Source: Bacteroidia bacterium
GTDB lineage: Bacteria > Bacteroidota > Bacteroidia > Chitinophagales > Saprospiraceae
Direction of reading: 5' to 3'
DNA: 64,000 bases
Assembly: GCA_018680005.1 (NCBI GenBank)
Contig: JAHHJQ010000378.1
Location: 63-64,062, forward strand
The notes beneath the pieces were generated by a model that saw only the letters and a program-made list of their open reading frames with translations, was not told the origin of the DNA and searched no databases. The position numbers and the translations under genes were made by a program. Below, piece by piece: positions 20,192-30,333 of the stretch. Numbering within the stretch: position 1 is the first letter of the stretch; each line of letters opens with the position of its first letter.

Positions 20192-20995
20192 ATGAGTAAG
20201 ACCAAAGATGATTTAACCTTTCTGGAACACCTGGAAGAATTGCGGTGGCACATCATACGTTCCCTCATCGCAATTGTCGTGGTTGGTTCAGTGTTTTTTG
20301 GGATGAAGGGTGTCACCGAAGGATTAATAATGGGACCAACCAATCCGGATTTTGTAACCTATGGTCTGATATGTAAATTGTCTCAAAGTTTAGGATTGGG
20401 AGAGGGGCTTTGTTTCTCTCCTCCTGCGTTTGCCCCGCAAAACATTGGTGTTGCCGAGGCTTTCACTCTCCATATTACCGTTTCATTCCTTATTGGATTT
20501 GTGGCTGCATTCCCGTACGTATTTTATGAATTTTGGAAATTTATCAGACCCGGGCTCTATGACAAAGAACAGAAAGCAATAAGAGGAATTGTTATTATCT
20601 GCTCTTTACTATTCATTCTTGGCGTTGGTTTTGGGTATTTCATAATTGCTCCTTTTGCCATTACCTTTTTACTCAATTATGACTTTGGAGGTACCAATAT
20701 TCCTACAATGGCCTCATATGTTGGTAGCATGAAAATGTTTACACTTCCGGCAGGGCTGATATTTGAATTACCGATTGTCGTCTATTTCTTGTCTAAGGTA
20801 GGATTAATCACTTCTGCCTTTATGAAGAAATATCAAAAGCACGCTTTTGTGATCATACTTATACTCGCAGCGATCCTAACACCACCTGATATTATTACCC
20901 AATTTCTAATAGCTATCCCGCTCTATATACTGTATCAGGTCAGTATTCTCATCGCCAAAAGAATGGAAAAGAAAAGAGAGAAAGAGATGAACTGA
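20192..20995 (+). CDS. tatC: Twin-arginine translocase subunit TatC
   Basis: N-terminal LTFLEHLEELRWHIIRSL motif and a six-TM TatC topology. Confidence 0.93.
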   Translation: MSKTKDDLTFLEHLEELRWHIIRSLIAIVVVGSVFFGMKGVTEGLIMGPTNPDFVTYGLICKLSQSLGLGEGLCFSPPAFAPQNIGVAEAFTLHITVSFLIGFVAAFPYVFYEFWKFIRPGLYDKEQKAIRGIVIICSLLFILGVGFGYFIIAPFAITFLLNYDFGGTNIPTMASYVGSMKMFTLPAGLIFELPIVVYFLSKVGLITSAFMKKYQKHAFVIILILAAILTPPDIITQFLIAIPLYILYQVSILIAKRMEKKREKEMN

Positions 20996-22555
20996 TCATT
21001 TAGATTCTAGCATAAGTATCGGACATATCATCTCTTCAAGGCTGATACCTCCATGCTGAAAAGTATCTCGATAGTAATTATTATAATAATTATAGTTGTT
21101 AGGGTACAAGAAATATTTATCCTCTCTGGCGAAAATATAGGATGAACTTAAATTGATCTTTGGGAGACCAACTTTTTCAGGTTCTCTGATGGCAAGTACA
21201 TCTTTCTTATCATAGTTCAAATTTCGGCCGAGTTTATATCTTAAATTGGGTGTGGTCTCCCTATCGCCTACAACCTTGCAAGGTTGTTTGACCCTAATAG
21301 TGCCATGATCCGTGGTAACAATCAACCTTATATCCTTATCGGCAATTTTCTCCAAAGCTGAGAACAAAGCAGAATGTTCAAACCATGATTTGGTAAGTGA
21401 ACGATAAGCGGTTTCATCGCTTGCCAACTCTTTGATTACTTCCATTTCGGTCCTTGCATGGGATAATGTATCTATGAAATTGTAAACAATAACCGTCAAA
21501 TCATTCGTCAACGAATTTAGGATATTGTCATTGAGCTGTTTGGCGAGAGTTGTGTTAGTGATTTTAAAATATTCATGTTTGATATCCTTTCTAACAAATC
21601 GTTGAATTTGCTTGGCCAATAAATCGGATTCATGGTTGTTTTTTCCTCCTTCTTCATTATCATTTTTCCACCATTGAGGAAATTGTTTACTAATGCCAAG
21701 AGGCATCATCCCTGCAAAAATTGAGTTCCGACTATATTGTGTAGATGTTGGCAAAATGCTATAAAAATGATCTTCCTCAACTATCCTGAACAAACGACTG
21801 AAAAGGGGTTCCAGAACTTTCCATTGGTCAAATCTGAAATTATCTAATAAAAGAAATACCGTAGGTTTCTTATCTAATTTCGGAAAAACCCAATTGCGAA
21901 AGACATGGGGAGAAAATATCGGAACATCTTGATCTCCGATCTGAGACATCCAATCCGCATAATTATCAATGATGAACTTAGAAAACTCTGCATTGGCTTC
22001 GGTTTTCTGCATGGCCAGAATTTCGGACATCTGTTCCGTACGAGAGGCATCCAATTTCAATTCCCAATTGATGATCTTCTTATATATATCGACCCACTGC
22101 TTATGATCGAGTCGACTATTGATTTCCATCAATATTTGTCGGAATTCCTGTTGGTAATCAGAACTTGTTTTTTCACGAACCAATCTGGTGTTGTCGATGA
22201 TTTTTTTGAGCGTCAAAAGAATCTGATTAGGATTGACTGGTTTTATGAGATAATCAGTAATCTGAGATCCGATTGCTTCTTCCATCAAGTTTTCAGCCTC
22301 ATTCTTGGTGATCATGACAACAGGGAGGAGTGGATGCTTTTCTTTTATCTTGGACAATGTTTCCAAACCCGAAATTCCAGGCATTGACTCGTCCAGAAAT
22401 ACAACATCAAAGTCTTCCGGGCCATTACACTCATCCAATGCATCATGTCCATTGGTGACTGTTGTCACATCATATCCTTTTTGATTTAGGAACATGAGCT
22501 GAGGTTTGAGCATATCGATTTCATCATCGGCCCAAAGAATTTTGATTTTGTCCAT
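20996..22555 (-). CDS. porX: PorX-type response regulator (CheY receiver plus PglZ/alkaline-phosphatase-like domain) of the T9SS regulatory pathway
   Basis: Receiver domain (ILWADDE...VFLDESMPGISG...ITK...KP) is followed by a PglZ-like domain containing TDHGTIRV. The 519-aa length and architecture match P. gingivalis PorX. Confidence 0.85.
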   Translation of the reverse strand: MDKIKILWADDEIDMLKPQLMFLNQKGYDVTTVTNGHDALDECNGPEDFDVVFLDESMPGISGLETLSKIKEKHPLLPVVMITKNEAENLMEEAIGSQITDYLIKPVNPNQILLTLKKIIDNTRLVREKTSSDYQQEFRQILMEINSRLDHKQWVDIYKKIINWELKLDASRTEQMSEILAMQKTEANAEFSKFIIDNYADWMSQIGDQDVPIFSPHVFRNWVFPKLDKKPTVFLLLDNFRFDQWKVLEPLFSRLFRIVEEDHFYSILPTSTQYSRNSIFAGMMPLGISKQFPQWWKNDNEEGGKNNHESDLLAKQIQRFVRKDIKHEYFKITNTTLAKQLNDNILNSLTNDLTVIVYNFIDTLSHARTEMEVIKELASDETAYRSLTKSWFEHSALFSALEKIADKDIRLIVTTDHGTIRVKQPCKVVGDRETTPNLRYKLGRNLNYDKKDVLAIREPEKVGLPKINLSSSYIFAREDKYFLYPNNYNYYNNYYRDTFQHGGISLEEMICPILMLESK

Positions 22556-22639
22556 TCAGATTATTTAGAAGTGATTTATAGAAGTATAAGGAATTACCAT
22601 ACTTAATGTTGCTATTCCCTCCCTAAAATTTAGAGACCT

Positions 22640-22647
22640 TATATTTG
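22640..22647 (+). promoter_or_regulatory. Candidate Bacteroidota sigma-A -7 element (TAnnTTTG)
   Basis: Exact TATATTTG located 55 nt upstream of the ATG of the HD-domain gene. Confidence 0.35.
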
Positions 22648-22701
22648 ACGGCCTAGGTATTAGTGAACCATTGAACGAGAGAAGAATAAGCCTTATTACC
22701 A

Positions 22702-23895
22702 ATGAATAAAAATAAAATTATTAATGATCCGGTATATGGCTTCATTACCATCCCCTATCCTATCCTCTATGACATTGTTGAACATCCCTATTTTCAAAGA
22801 TTAAGAAGAATTCAACAACTCGGGCTCACAAATTACGTCTATCCTGGCGCTCAGCATACTCGATTTGCGCATGCTTTAGGTGCGATGCACCTGATGAATC
22901 GAACTCTTGAAGTTTTACGATCCAAAGGAATTGCCATTTCTAAAGAAGAAGAAATCGGAGCATTGGCAGCCATTCTTCTTCATGACGTTGGTCATGGTCC
23001 GTACTCCCACACCTTAGAACATACAATTCTGGAAGTTCATCATGAAGAACTCTCAAAGATGATCATGTATCATCTCAATGATGAATTGAACGGCCAATTG
23101 GACCTTGCGATCAAGATCTTTAGCGGGAACTATGATCGAGGTTTTTTTCATCAACTGGTTGCCAGCCAACTGGACCTGGATAGAATGGACTATCTCACCA
23201 GAGATAGTTTTTTTACCGGTGTAAGTGAAGGAGTAATAGGTTACAATCGAATCTTAAATATGCTTACAGTGGTGGATGACGAATTAGTCGTCGAAGAGAA
23301 AGGTATCTACAGCATCGAGAAGTACCTGACGGCAAGAAGGATCATGTATTGGCAGACCTATTTGCACAAAACAGTGCTGGCAACAGAAAAAATGCTGGTG
23401 AGTCTGTTGAAAAGATTTAAATCTAAATTTGAAGACTATAACGATTGGTTAATAACACCTTATTTCCGAAGAATATTAGAGGCTAGAACCCAAGCAGATG
23501 TTGACCTGGGTGATTTTGTAAAATTAGATGACTATGACATCATGCTTTTGGTAAAATCCCTGGTTGGACACCCTGATTCAGTATTGCATATTTTAAGTGA
23601 TGGTATCATCAATAGAAGGTTATTCAAAACTATTTTACAGGATAGTCAAATAAAAGATGAAAAACTCGATCGAATAAATGTACAAATCCAACATTCTCTT
23701 AACCTAACTGCTGAAGAATCAAGCTATTTACTACTTTCGGGCACTGAGAGTAACCTAGCCTATACCCTTCATAAAGATCACATCAAAATACTAGGTAAAG
23801 ATGGTGAGATTCGAACGTTTCCTGAGGTACTTGGCACTGGGGTAAACTCACAGCGATTTGCAAAGCATTATCTATGTTATCCAAAATATATGTAA
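22702..23895 (+). CDS. HD-domain phosphohydrolase (dNTP triphosphohydrolase-like superfamily)
   Basis: RFAHALGAMHL...LLHDVGHGPYSH...DLDRMDYLTRD motifs are typical of HD superfamily proteins. Confidence 0.85.
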   Translation: MNKNKIINDPVYGFITIPYPILYDIVEHPYFQRLRRIQQLGLTNYVYPGAQHTRFAHALGAMHLMNRTLEVLRSKGIAISKEEEIGALAAILLHDVGHGPYSHTLEHTILEVHHEELSKMIMYHLNDELNGQLDLAIKIFSGNYDRGFFHQLVASQLDLDRMDYLTRDSFFTGVSEGVIGYNRILNMLTVVDDELVVEEKGIYSIEKYLTARRIMYWQTYLHKTVLATEKMLVSLLKRFKSKFEDYNDWLITPYFRRILEARTQADVDLGDFVKLDDYDIMLLVKSLVGHPDSVLHILSDGIINRRLFKTILQDSQIKDEKLDRINVQIQHSLNLTAEESSYLLLSGTESNLAYTLHKDHIKILGKDGEIRTFPEVLGTGVNSQRFAKHYLCYPKYM

Positions 23896-24009
23896 TACCT
23901 TTGCCGATCCTTCGGGCTTCCTAACTTTTGCAACGCACCTGATTGTAGAACAATCACTATTTAATTAATTATTAATTGACTTTTGTTAATCAAAACCACT
24001 AATTCTATC

Positions 24010-25683
24010 ATGAAAAAATTAAACATTATTATCACTTCTGTGATGATGTTGACATTTACATTCGCTATGGCTCAAACAACGGATGGTTCTTTACCACCAA
24101 ATGCTGAAGCCGGTAAGTGTTATGCGAAATGTCTGATCGCTGATAAGTACGAAACTGTTACACAGACGATTGAGACGAAAGCAGCATCAATGAAGACGGA
24201 AGTTGTGCCTGCAACTTATGAAACTGTAACTGAACGAGTAATGACCAAAGCTGAATCAAGAAAACTTGTTGCTCAGCCAGCTAGTTGGGAAACTGTAACT
24301 GAACGAGTAATGGTCAAACCTGAATCTAAAAGATTGGTTTATGTTCCCGCTAGATTTGAAACTGCCACTGAAAGAATTATGGTCAAGCCTGCTTCAAAAA
24401 GATTGGTCGTAGTTCCTGCTAAATTCGAAACTGTCACGGAAAGAGTAATGGTCAAGCCTGCATTCGCTACATTGTCTGCCGTTCCAGCAAGATTTGAATC
24501 TGGTACTGAAAGAATCCAGTCTAAGCCTGCTTATGAAACCCTTTCTACTACGGCTCCGGTTTTTGAAACAGACCGCGTATCTTATGTAGCCAAAGAAGCG
24601 GGTACAAGACTCGTTCCTGTCGCAGCTCAGTTTTCGACAGAAACTCAATCTTATATCGTTAAGGAAGCTTCAACAAGAATTGAGAAAGTTCCTGCAAAAT
24701 TCGAAACCGTTACCGAAAGAGTAGAAGTTTCACCAGCAACAACACGATGGGAGAAAAAGAGAGCGGATAAAAACTGTCTCTCAGTTGATCCTAACGATTG
24801 TCTTGTGTGGTGTTTGGTAGAAGTACCTGCTACGTACAGAACAGTCACCAAAAGAGTAAGAGTAGGATGTGCGGATGGCTATACTGACAATGGTGAAGAT
24901 TGTACTCGAACAGTTGCGGTTCCAGAAGAAATGGGTTCATATACTCAAAGAGTTGTGAGTAATCCAGCCACTACACGAGAAGAAGTTATCGCTGAAGAAA
25001 CAGCTACATATACTAAGCAGGTACAAGCCTCACCAGCAGGTACTCAGGCTACACAAGTTCCAGCTCAGTTTAAAGATATTGCAGTTCAAACATTAGCCTC
25101 AGATGCTACAACAACGGAATCAGAAGTTGCTGCTGTATACAAAGATGTACAAGTACAGAGATTGGTTTCTCCCGCTACCACTAGAGTAGAAGAAATTCCT
25201 GCTGTATATAAGGATGTTGACGTTCAGAGAATAGTTTCTCCTGCTACAACAAGAGAAGAATCCATTCCTGCTGAATATGCGAATATTACCAGAAGGGTGT
25301 TGAAATCTGCAGCTTCCGTAGCTGAACAAACTATTCCTGCTGAATACTCTAACATTACAAAGCGTACGTTGAAATCAGCTGCAATGGTGAAAACCATCGA
25401 AGTACCTGCAGAATTTGCTACAGTTTCCACCAAGCAATTAGTTTCAAAGGGTGGAATAACTGAATGGAGAGAGGTACTTTGTAGCACTCAGGTGACTTCT
25501 GATAGAATTGCTCAGATTCAAAGAGCTCTTATTGCAAGAGGTTACGATGTTGGAGCTGCTGGCGTTGACAACGTCATGGGAACTGACACTAAGAATGCAT
25601 TGATTCAGTTCCAAAAAGACAATGGTCTGCCAATAGGCGCCCTTGACTTTGAGACTCTGAAAGCACTCGGTGTAAGCTACTAA
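24010..25683 (+). CDS. Exported repeat protein with a C-terminal peptidoglycan-binding (PG_binding_1-like) domain
   Basis: The likely true start is the ATG at 24010 (MKKLNIIITSVMMLTFTFAMAQ signal); the track start at 23983 is TTG. About 17 tandem 23-aa units follow. The C-terminal IAQIQRALIARGYDVGAAGVDNVMGTDTKNALIQFQKDNGLPIG resembles a PG-binding domain. Confidence 0.8.
   Translation: MKKLNIIITSVMMLTFTFAMAQTTDGSLPPNAEAGKCYAKCLIADKYETVTQTIETKAASMKTEVVPATYETVTERVMTKAESRKLVAQPASWETVTERVMVKPESKRLVYVPARFETATERIMVKPASKRLVVVPAKFETVTERVMVKPAFATLSAVPARFESGTERIQSKPAYETLSTTAPVFETDRVSYVAKEAGTRLVPVAAQFSTETQSYIVKEASTRIEKVPAKFETVTERVEVSPATTRWEKKRADKNCLSVDPNDCLVWCLVEVPATYRTVTKRVRVGCADGYTDNGEDCTRTVAVPEEMGSYTQRVVSNPATTREEVIAEETATYTKQVQASPAGTQATQVPAQFKDIAVQTLASDATTTESEVAAVYKDVQVQRLVSPATTRVEEIPAVYKDVDVQRIVSPATTREESIPAEYANITRRVLKSAASVAEQTIPAEYSNITKRTLKSAAMVKTIEVPAEFATVSTKQLVSKGGITEWREVLCSTQVTSDRIAQIQRALIARGYDVGAAGVDNVMGTDTKNALIQFQKDNGLPIGALDFETLKALGVSY
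24151..25416 (+). repeat. In-frame tandem coding repeat with a 69-nt (23-aa) period, about 17 units
   Basis: Units such as ETVTERVMVKPESKRLVYVPARF, ETATERIMVKPASKRLVVVPAKF and KDVQVQRLVSPATTRVEEIPAVY recur. Two central units carry Cys-containing insertions. Confidence 0.9.
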
Positions 25684-25724
25684 GACTATAAGAATGAAAC
25701 CTGATTTACTCAGGTGGATGATAT

Positions 25725-25759
25725 AAAAAAGCCTCGTTGCATTAGTAACGAGGCTTTTT
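25725..25759 (+). terminator. Rho-independent terminator
   Basis: GCCTCGTT (25731-25738) pairs with AACGAGGC (25747-25754) across an 8-nt loop, flanked by an A6 run and a T5 run, 40 nt after the stop codon. Confidence 0.8.
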
Positions 25760-25896
25760 CAATTTAATATCGTTCTGATAGACATCATCTTTTGCGCAAT
25801 GACCTTGGCGAAAAACTATCAGATAAATATGCAGAATGCTAGTTTGGGTAACTACCTTCATATATTCAAATAAATTACTAGATCTAACAGCAGCAT

Positions 25897-27180
25897 ATGG
25901 ATCAACAAATTCAAAATCTCATACACAAAGAATTACACCGCCAGAGATCTGGGGTTGAACTCATAGCCTCTGAAAACTTTACGAGCCAGGAAGTACTCGA
26001 CGCCATGGGCAGCTGCCTGACCAACAAATACGCCGAAGGCTATCCGGGAAGAAGATATTATGGTGGATGTGAAGTAATTGATGAAATAGAACAACTCGCC
26101 ATTGATAGATTAAAAGATCTTTTTGGTGCTGCCTATGCCAATGTACAGCCACACTCAGGTGCGCAGGCCAATGCAGCTGTCTTTCTTGCTATACTCCAAC
26201 CAGGTGATAAGATTTTAGGATTTGATCTTTCGCACGGTGGACACCTCTCTCATGGATCTCCTGTCAACTTTTCTGGCAAAGTATATAATCCTGTTTTCTA
26301 TGGTGTTGAAGAGGACACCGGCACGATCAATATGGATAAGGTTGAGTCAATAGCATTGAAAGAAAAGCCGAAGTTGATAATCTGTGGAGCCTCCGCTTAT
26401 TCCAGGGATTGGGATTATCCTCGTTTCAGGGCTATTGCTGATAAAGTCGGGGCACTTCTACTGGCTGATATTGCACATCCTGCAGGCCTAATTGCAGCAG
26501 GATTATTAAATGATCCTTTGCCTCACTCTCATATTGTGACATCTACAACACACAAGACACTCAGAGGTCCAAGAGGTGGAATTATTATGATGGGTAATAA
26601 CTTTGATAATCCTTGGGGAAGAACTACAAAGAAAGGGAATCCCATAAAAATGTCTGCAGTCCTTAACAGTGGAGTCTTTCCCGGAATGCAAGGAGGGCCG
26701 CTGGAGCATGTCATTGCCGCCAAAGCCGTCTCATTCAAAGAAGCGAATTCTCCTGAATTTAAAAAATATGGAGAACAAGTTATCAGAAATGCCAAAGCAA
26801 TGGCCAATAGGTTTGTCGAGCTAGGATATAAGCTAATTTCAGGGGGAACCGACAATCATCTTATGCTCCTAGACCTTCGGAATAAAGAACTTACCGGTAA
26901 AATAGCCGAAAATGCATTGGTAAGGGCTGATATTACGGTTAATAAGAATATGGTTCCCTTTGACACTCAGTCCCCCTTCGTTACATCTGGAATCAGAGTT
27001 GGATCACAAGCAATCACCACCAGAGGTCTCAAAGAAGAAGATTGTATTCGAGTAGTGAATTGGATTGATGGAATTCTCATGGATCCTGAAAATAACTCCC
27101 TCACCAAACAAACTCGAATGGAAATTAACGAGTTTATGTCTCAATTTCCTCTGTATGAGTCAAGACCCATATCCGTTTAA
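25897..27180 (+). CDS. glyA: Serine hydroxymethyltransferase
   Basis: ELIASENF, the PLP-lysine context [12 protein letters not shown], and overall length of 427 aa. Confidence 0.97.
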   Translation: MDQQIQNLIHKELHRQRSGVELIASENFTSQEVLDAMGSCLTNKYAEGYPGRRYYGGCEVIDEIEQLAIDRLKDLFGAAYANVQPHSGAQANAAVFLAILQPGDKILGFDLSHGGHLSHGSPVNFSGKVYNPVFYGVEEDTGTINMDKVESIALKEKPKLIICGASAYSRDWDYPRFRAIADKVGALLLADIAHPAGLIAAGLLNDPLPHSHIVTSTTHKTLRGPRGGIIMMGNNFDNPWGRTTKKGNPIKMSAVLNSGVFPGMQGGPLEHVIAAKAVSFKEANSPEFKKYGEQVIRNAKAMANRFVELGYKLISGGTDNHLMLLDLRNKELTGKIAENALVRADITVNKNMVPFDTQSPFVTSGIRVGSQAITTRGLKEEDCIRVVNWIDGILMDPENNSLTKQTRMEINEFMSQFPLYESRPISV

Positions 27181-27218
27181 ATAGTGATATTCTTTGATTA
27201 AGAAACAACTAATTCTGG

Positions 27219-29492
27219 ATGCCCAAATTTGCATTTGTGAAGATAGTAGGCTTATTGTTTTTACTCTTCACCACTTTTCATCTTGTCGGACAGGAAACCA
27301 AGGTGCTTCTGGATGGTCATTCTTCTGTTCCAATTGAAGGAGCTATAATTTCAATTCAGGATTCGCTTTTGTCGATAACTGACAACCAGGGGAGATTTGA
27401 TATTGCCAAGGAAATTTCAGACCATATATGGATATCGCACCTTTCTTATCGTGATACAATTTTGATAGGATTTCTACCTGATACCATCTATTTATCTCGC
27501 AATTCAATCCTTCTTGAACCCGTCACAATAAGCTTTGACAAAACCAGTAACCTACGGTCCATTCCAACTCTTGGTTATATATCAACGGATATTAAAACAG
27601 AACATAGCCGTACTGGTATATCTCAATTACTGAATACCATACCAGGGGTCTTTATGCATTCGGGTGCATTAAATACAAATCGAATAACAATTAGAGGTAT
27701 AGGCAGTAGAAATCTTTTTGGAACCGCAAAAATCAAAGCATATCTCAATGATATTCCATTAACCAATGGAGTTGGTGAAACTACAATAGAGGACATGGAT
27801 CTTTCGCTTATTGATAATATTGCGATAGTCAAGGGTCCGACAAGTAGCCTGTATGGTGCAGGTTTAGGTGGCATGATTCATCTGAATACGAAGGGTTCAA
27901 TACAGTCCAACATTGTTCACCTTGAAAGTGGTATTGGTTCTTATGGATTGTTAACCAGTCGTTTAAGCTCTGTGGTAGATATCAATGCAACGAATAGATT
28001 GATCCTGCATTTAAATCAAACAAATTCTGATGGATACAGGGCAAACAATGAATATGACCGCCTCGGATTTAGCCTAATTGGTGAACATCAGTTGAATCCA
28101 GATCTAAATCTTTCATTTATCAATAATTATATTGATCTCAAAGCCAATATACCCAGCTCATTGAATGAAATTGACTTTATTCAAAATCCACAAATAGCAG
28201 CCTCGAACTGGCAATCTGTTAATGGATTTGAAGATTATACCAGATGGATTTGGGGTGTTTCAGGATCCTACAGATTGACCGATAATGCTATTATGAAAGC
28301 GTCAATCTTTTCGACTGACTTTGACTCTTATGAATCCAGACCATTTAACATTCTTCAAGAGGATAGCCAATCCATAGGATTGAGAGCTACGTACAAGCAA
28401 AATCTGGATATTCAGGAAAGACCGATCCTGTCAGTTGAATTTGGTCTGGAAACTTACTATGAATCCTACAATTGGCAGACTTTTGAAACCAATGCGGGCA
28501 TTAAAGAAGGACTGCTGAGTAACAACGATGAAAAAAGAAAATACCTCAATCTTTTTGCTGCTGCACATCTGGATCTTTCCCCTGGTCTGCATGTCCAAGC
28601 CGGTATCAATTATAATAAGACAACTTACGATTATTTGGATCAATTCAATCCAGACATGATCGACCTTTCCGGGAATTATTCATTCGAAGGAACATTGTCT
28701 CCATATATTAATATCAATGCGGATATTGCTCGGGGCAATCCTTCCAATACATTGTTTGTATATGGATTAATCAGCCATGGTTTTTCTCCACCAAACCTGG
28801 AGGAAACTCTCTTGCCGAATGGTCAGATTAATCCCAATATACAACCTGAAAAAGGTATAAATTATGAAATTGGACTAAAAGGTACATTTTCGGAAAATTT
28901 CAAAATCAATATTTCCGGATATGCCATGACTGTAAAAGATCTTCTTGTAGCCAGAAGAACATCCGCGGATCAATTTATAGGCATCAATGCAGGTAAAACA
29001 CAACACAATGGAATAGAAATGTCTGCGGGAACAAATTGGTCCATCGGAAAAATACAATTTGAATTTATTACCGATCTGGCGTTTCAAGAATTCGAGTTCA
29101 AGGAATTCATAGAAGATAGTATTGATTATTCAGGAAACAAGCTCACAGGCACACCTTCATATCAAATAAGGACAGAACTAAAAACGGAACCTATAGATGG
29201 TTTGAAAATAGGGATTGGCAACTTTGCGGTGGGTTCTCAATACTTACGAGATGATAATTCAATTGAGTCTGACCCATATTCTATTTGGCATACTTTCATT
29301 CTATATGATTTCGATTTGTCTCCAAAGTGGAACCTTAACATTCTGGGACGGCTCGAAAATCTCTTTGATCAAGAATATGCCTCTATGCTTTTGATCAATG
29401 CAGGTTCCTTTGGTGGCAGTCTTCCAAGATATTATTATCCTGGATTGCCGCGAAATCACTATTTCTCCGTTACGGTAACTTATCAGTTTTGA
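27219..29492 (+). CDS. TonB-dependent outer-membrane receptor
   Basis: Signal peptide, carboxypeptidase-regulatory-like N-domain, plug motifs (RGIGSRN, IAIVKGPTSSLYGAGLGGMI), long beta-barrel, terminal aromatic (TYQF). Confidence 0.9.
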   Translation: MPKFAFVKIVGLLFLLFTTFHLVGQETKVLLDGHSSVPIEGAIISIQDSLLSITDNQGRFDIAKEISDHIWISHLSYRDTILIGFLPDTIYLSRNSILLEPVTISFDKTSNLRSIPTLGYISTDIKTEHSRTGISQLLNTIPGVFMHSGALNTNRITIRGIGSRNLFGTAKIKAYLNDIPLTNGVGETTIEDMDLSLIDNIAIVKGPTSSLYGAGLGGMIHLNTKGSIQSNIVHLESGIGSYGLLTSRLSSVVDINATNRLILHLNQTNSDGYRANNEYDRLGFSLIGEHQLNPDLNLSFINNYIDLKANIPSSLNEIDFIQNPQIAASNWQSVNGFEDYTRWIWGVSGSYRLTDNAIMKASIFSTDFDSYESRPFNILQEDSQSIGLRATYKQNLDIQERPILSVEFGLETYYESYNWQTFETNAGIKEGLLSNNDEKRKYLNLFAAAHLDLSPGLHVQAGINYNKTTYDYLDQFNPDMIDLSGNYSFEGTLSPYININADIARGNPSNTLFVYGLISHGFSPPNLEETLLPNGQINPNIQPEKGINYEIGLKGTFSENFKINISGYAMTVKDLLVARRTSADQFIGINAGKTQHNGIEMSAGTNWSIGKIQFEFITDLAFQEFEFKEFIEDSIDYSGNKLTGTPSYQIRTELKTEPIDGLKIGIGNFAVGSQYLRDDNSIESDPYSIWHTFILYDFDLSPKWNLNILGRLENLFDQEYASMLLINAGSFGGSLPRYYYPGLPRNHYFSVTVTYQF

Positions 29493-30231
29493 TATACGGA
29501 TAACGCACCTCAGTAAGGAACAATCCATGTGGTTTAACACTAAGTGGTTGCTGAAGTATTCTTTGCATTTCCATATCGTCGCGCACTTCATCCAGAGTCA
29601 ATTTTCCAATAGAAACGTTTAGACACATACCGACTATCAATCTCACCATCCCTCTCAGAAATCTGTTTGCGGATATTTCAAATATCAATTCATTGCCCTC
29701 TCCTGATTTTGTCCAGGATGCATGTCTGATTTTACATTTATAGTTTTTGACATCAGATTTCGTTTTGCAGAAAGGGAAGAAGTCTTCATACTGCAACAAT
29801 AAATTGGATGCCTTCTGAAGGGATTCAAATTCTATTTGATTAAAAAATGGAAAATGGTAAACCGTTTCCCTCCGAAAAGGATCTTTTTTAGCAGTTAAGA
29901 AATACTTATAAGAACGGAATATTGCATCATATCTAGCGTGCGCTTCTGCGTGGACAGGGATTATATCTATGATGACAATGTCGTCAGATAGTATGCCATT
30001 CAATTTATGGACAAATCCATAATCTAAGGTTGCATCGCTATCAAAATGCATGTAGAATTCGCTTGCATGAACTCCGGAATCGGTTCGACCACATCCCACA
30101 ATTTCGATTGTCATTCTTAATACTTTGGAAAGGGTGTCTTCAATCTCTGCCTGAATAGTAGTAGCATTCGGTTGACGTTGCCAGCCACTATATCTTGTAC
30201 CATTATATTGAATCAATCCAAAGTACCGCAC
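29470..30231 (-). CDS. truA: tRNA pseudouridine(38-40) synthase
   Basis: RYFGLIQYNGTRYSGWQRQ and the catalytic GRTDSGVHA motif. I place the start at the GTG at 30231 because the longer track ORF (to 30288, TTG) runs through the clpX terminator hairpin. Confidence 0.9.
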   Translation of the reverse strand: MRYFGLIQYNGTRYSGWQRQPNATTIQAEIEDTLSKVLRMTIEIVGCGRTDSGVHASEFYMHFDSDATLDYGFVHKLNGILSDDIVIIDIIPVHAEAHARYDAIFRSYKYFLTAKKDPFRRETVYHFPFFNQIEFESLQKASNLLLQYEDFFPFCKTKSDVKNYKCKIRHASWTKSGEGNELIFEISANRFLRGMVRLIVGMCLNVSIGKLTLDEVRDDMEMQRILQQPLSVKPHGLFLTEVRYPYIKTDKLP

Positions 30232-30250
30232 TGAGATAATTAAACGAGGA

Positions 30251-30283
30251 TAAAGTAAAAGCACTCCTAAGAGAGAGGAGTGC
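30251..30283 (-). terminator. Rho-independent terminator downstream of clpX
   Basis: GCACTCC (30261-30267) pairs with GGAGTGC (30277-30283) across a 9-nt loop. On the minus strand it is followed by TTTTACTTTAT. Confidence 0.65.
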
Positions 30284-30333
30284 CACAAATGTAAAAGAGT
30301 TCATTTATAATTCTGGTGCCATTTAAACCATTA

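Noticed and set aside
20996-22555. A PglZ domain, which could indicate a BREX-type phage defence system
   Set aside because: The protein has an N-terminal CheY receiver and the length and architecture of PorX. None of the other BREX components (methyltransferase, BrxC ATPase, BrxL and so on) are nearby, and the window carries a full T9SS core.
22702-23895. An HD-domain dNTPase-like protein as a possible dNTP-depletion defence gene
   Set aside because: It is a single gene in a housekeeping context with its own promoter-like element. This family is widely conserved as a core gene in Bacteroidota, and no accessory-island features surround it.
24394-25487. Four antisense ORFs (84, 66, 69 and 87 aa) on the minus strand of the repeat-protein gene
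   Set aside because: They lie entirely inside a well-supported plus-strand CDS and are a by-product of its periodic, stop-poor composition. They have no independent start context or motifs.
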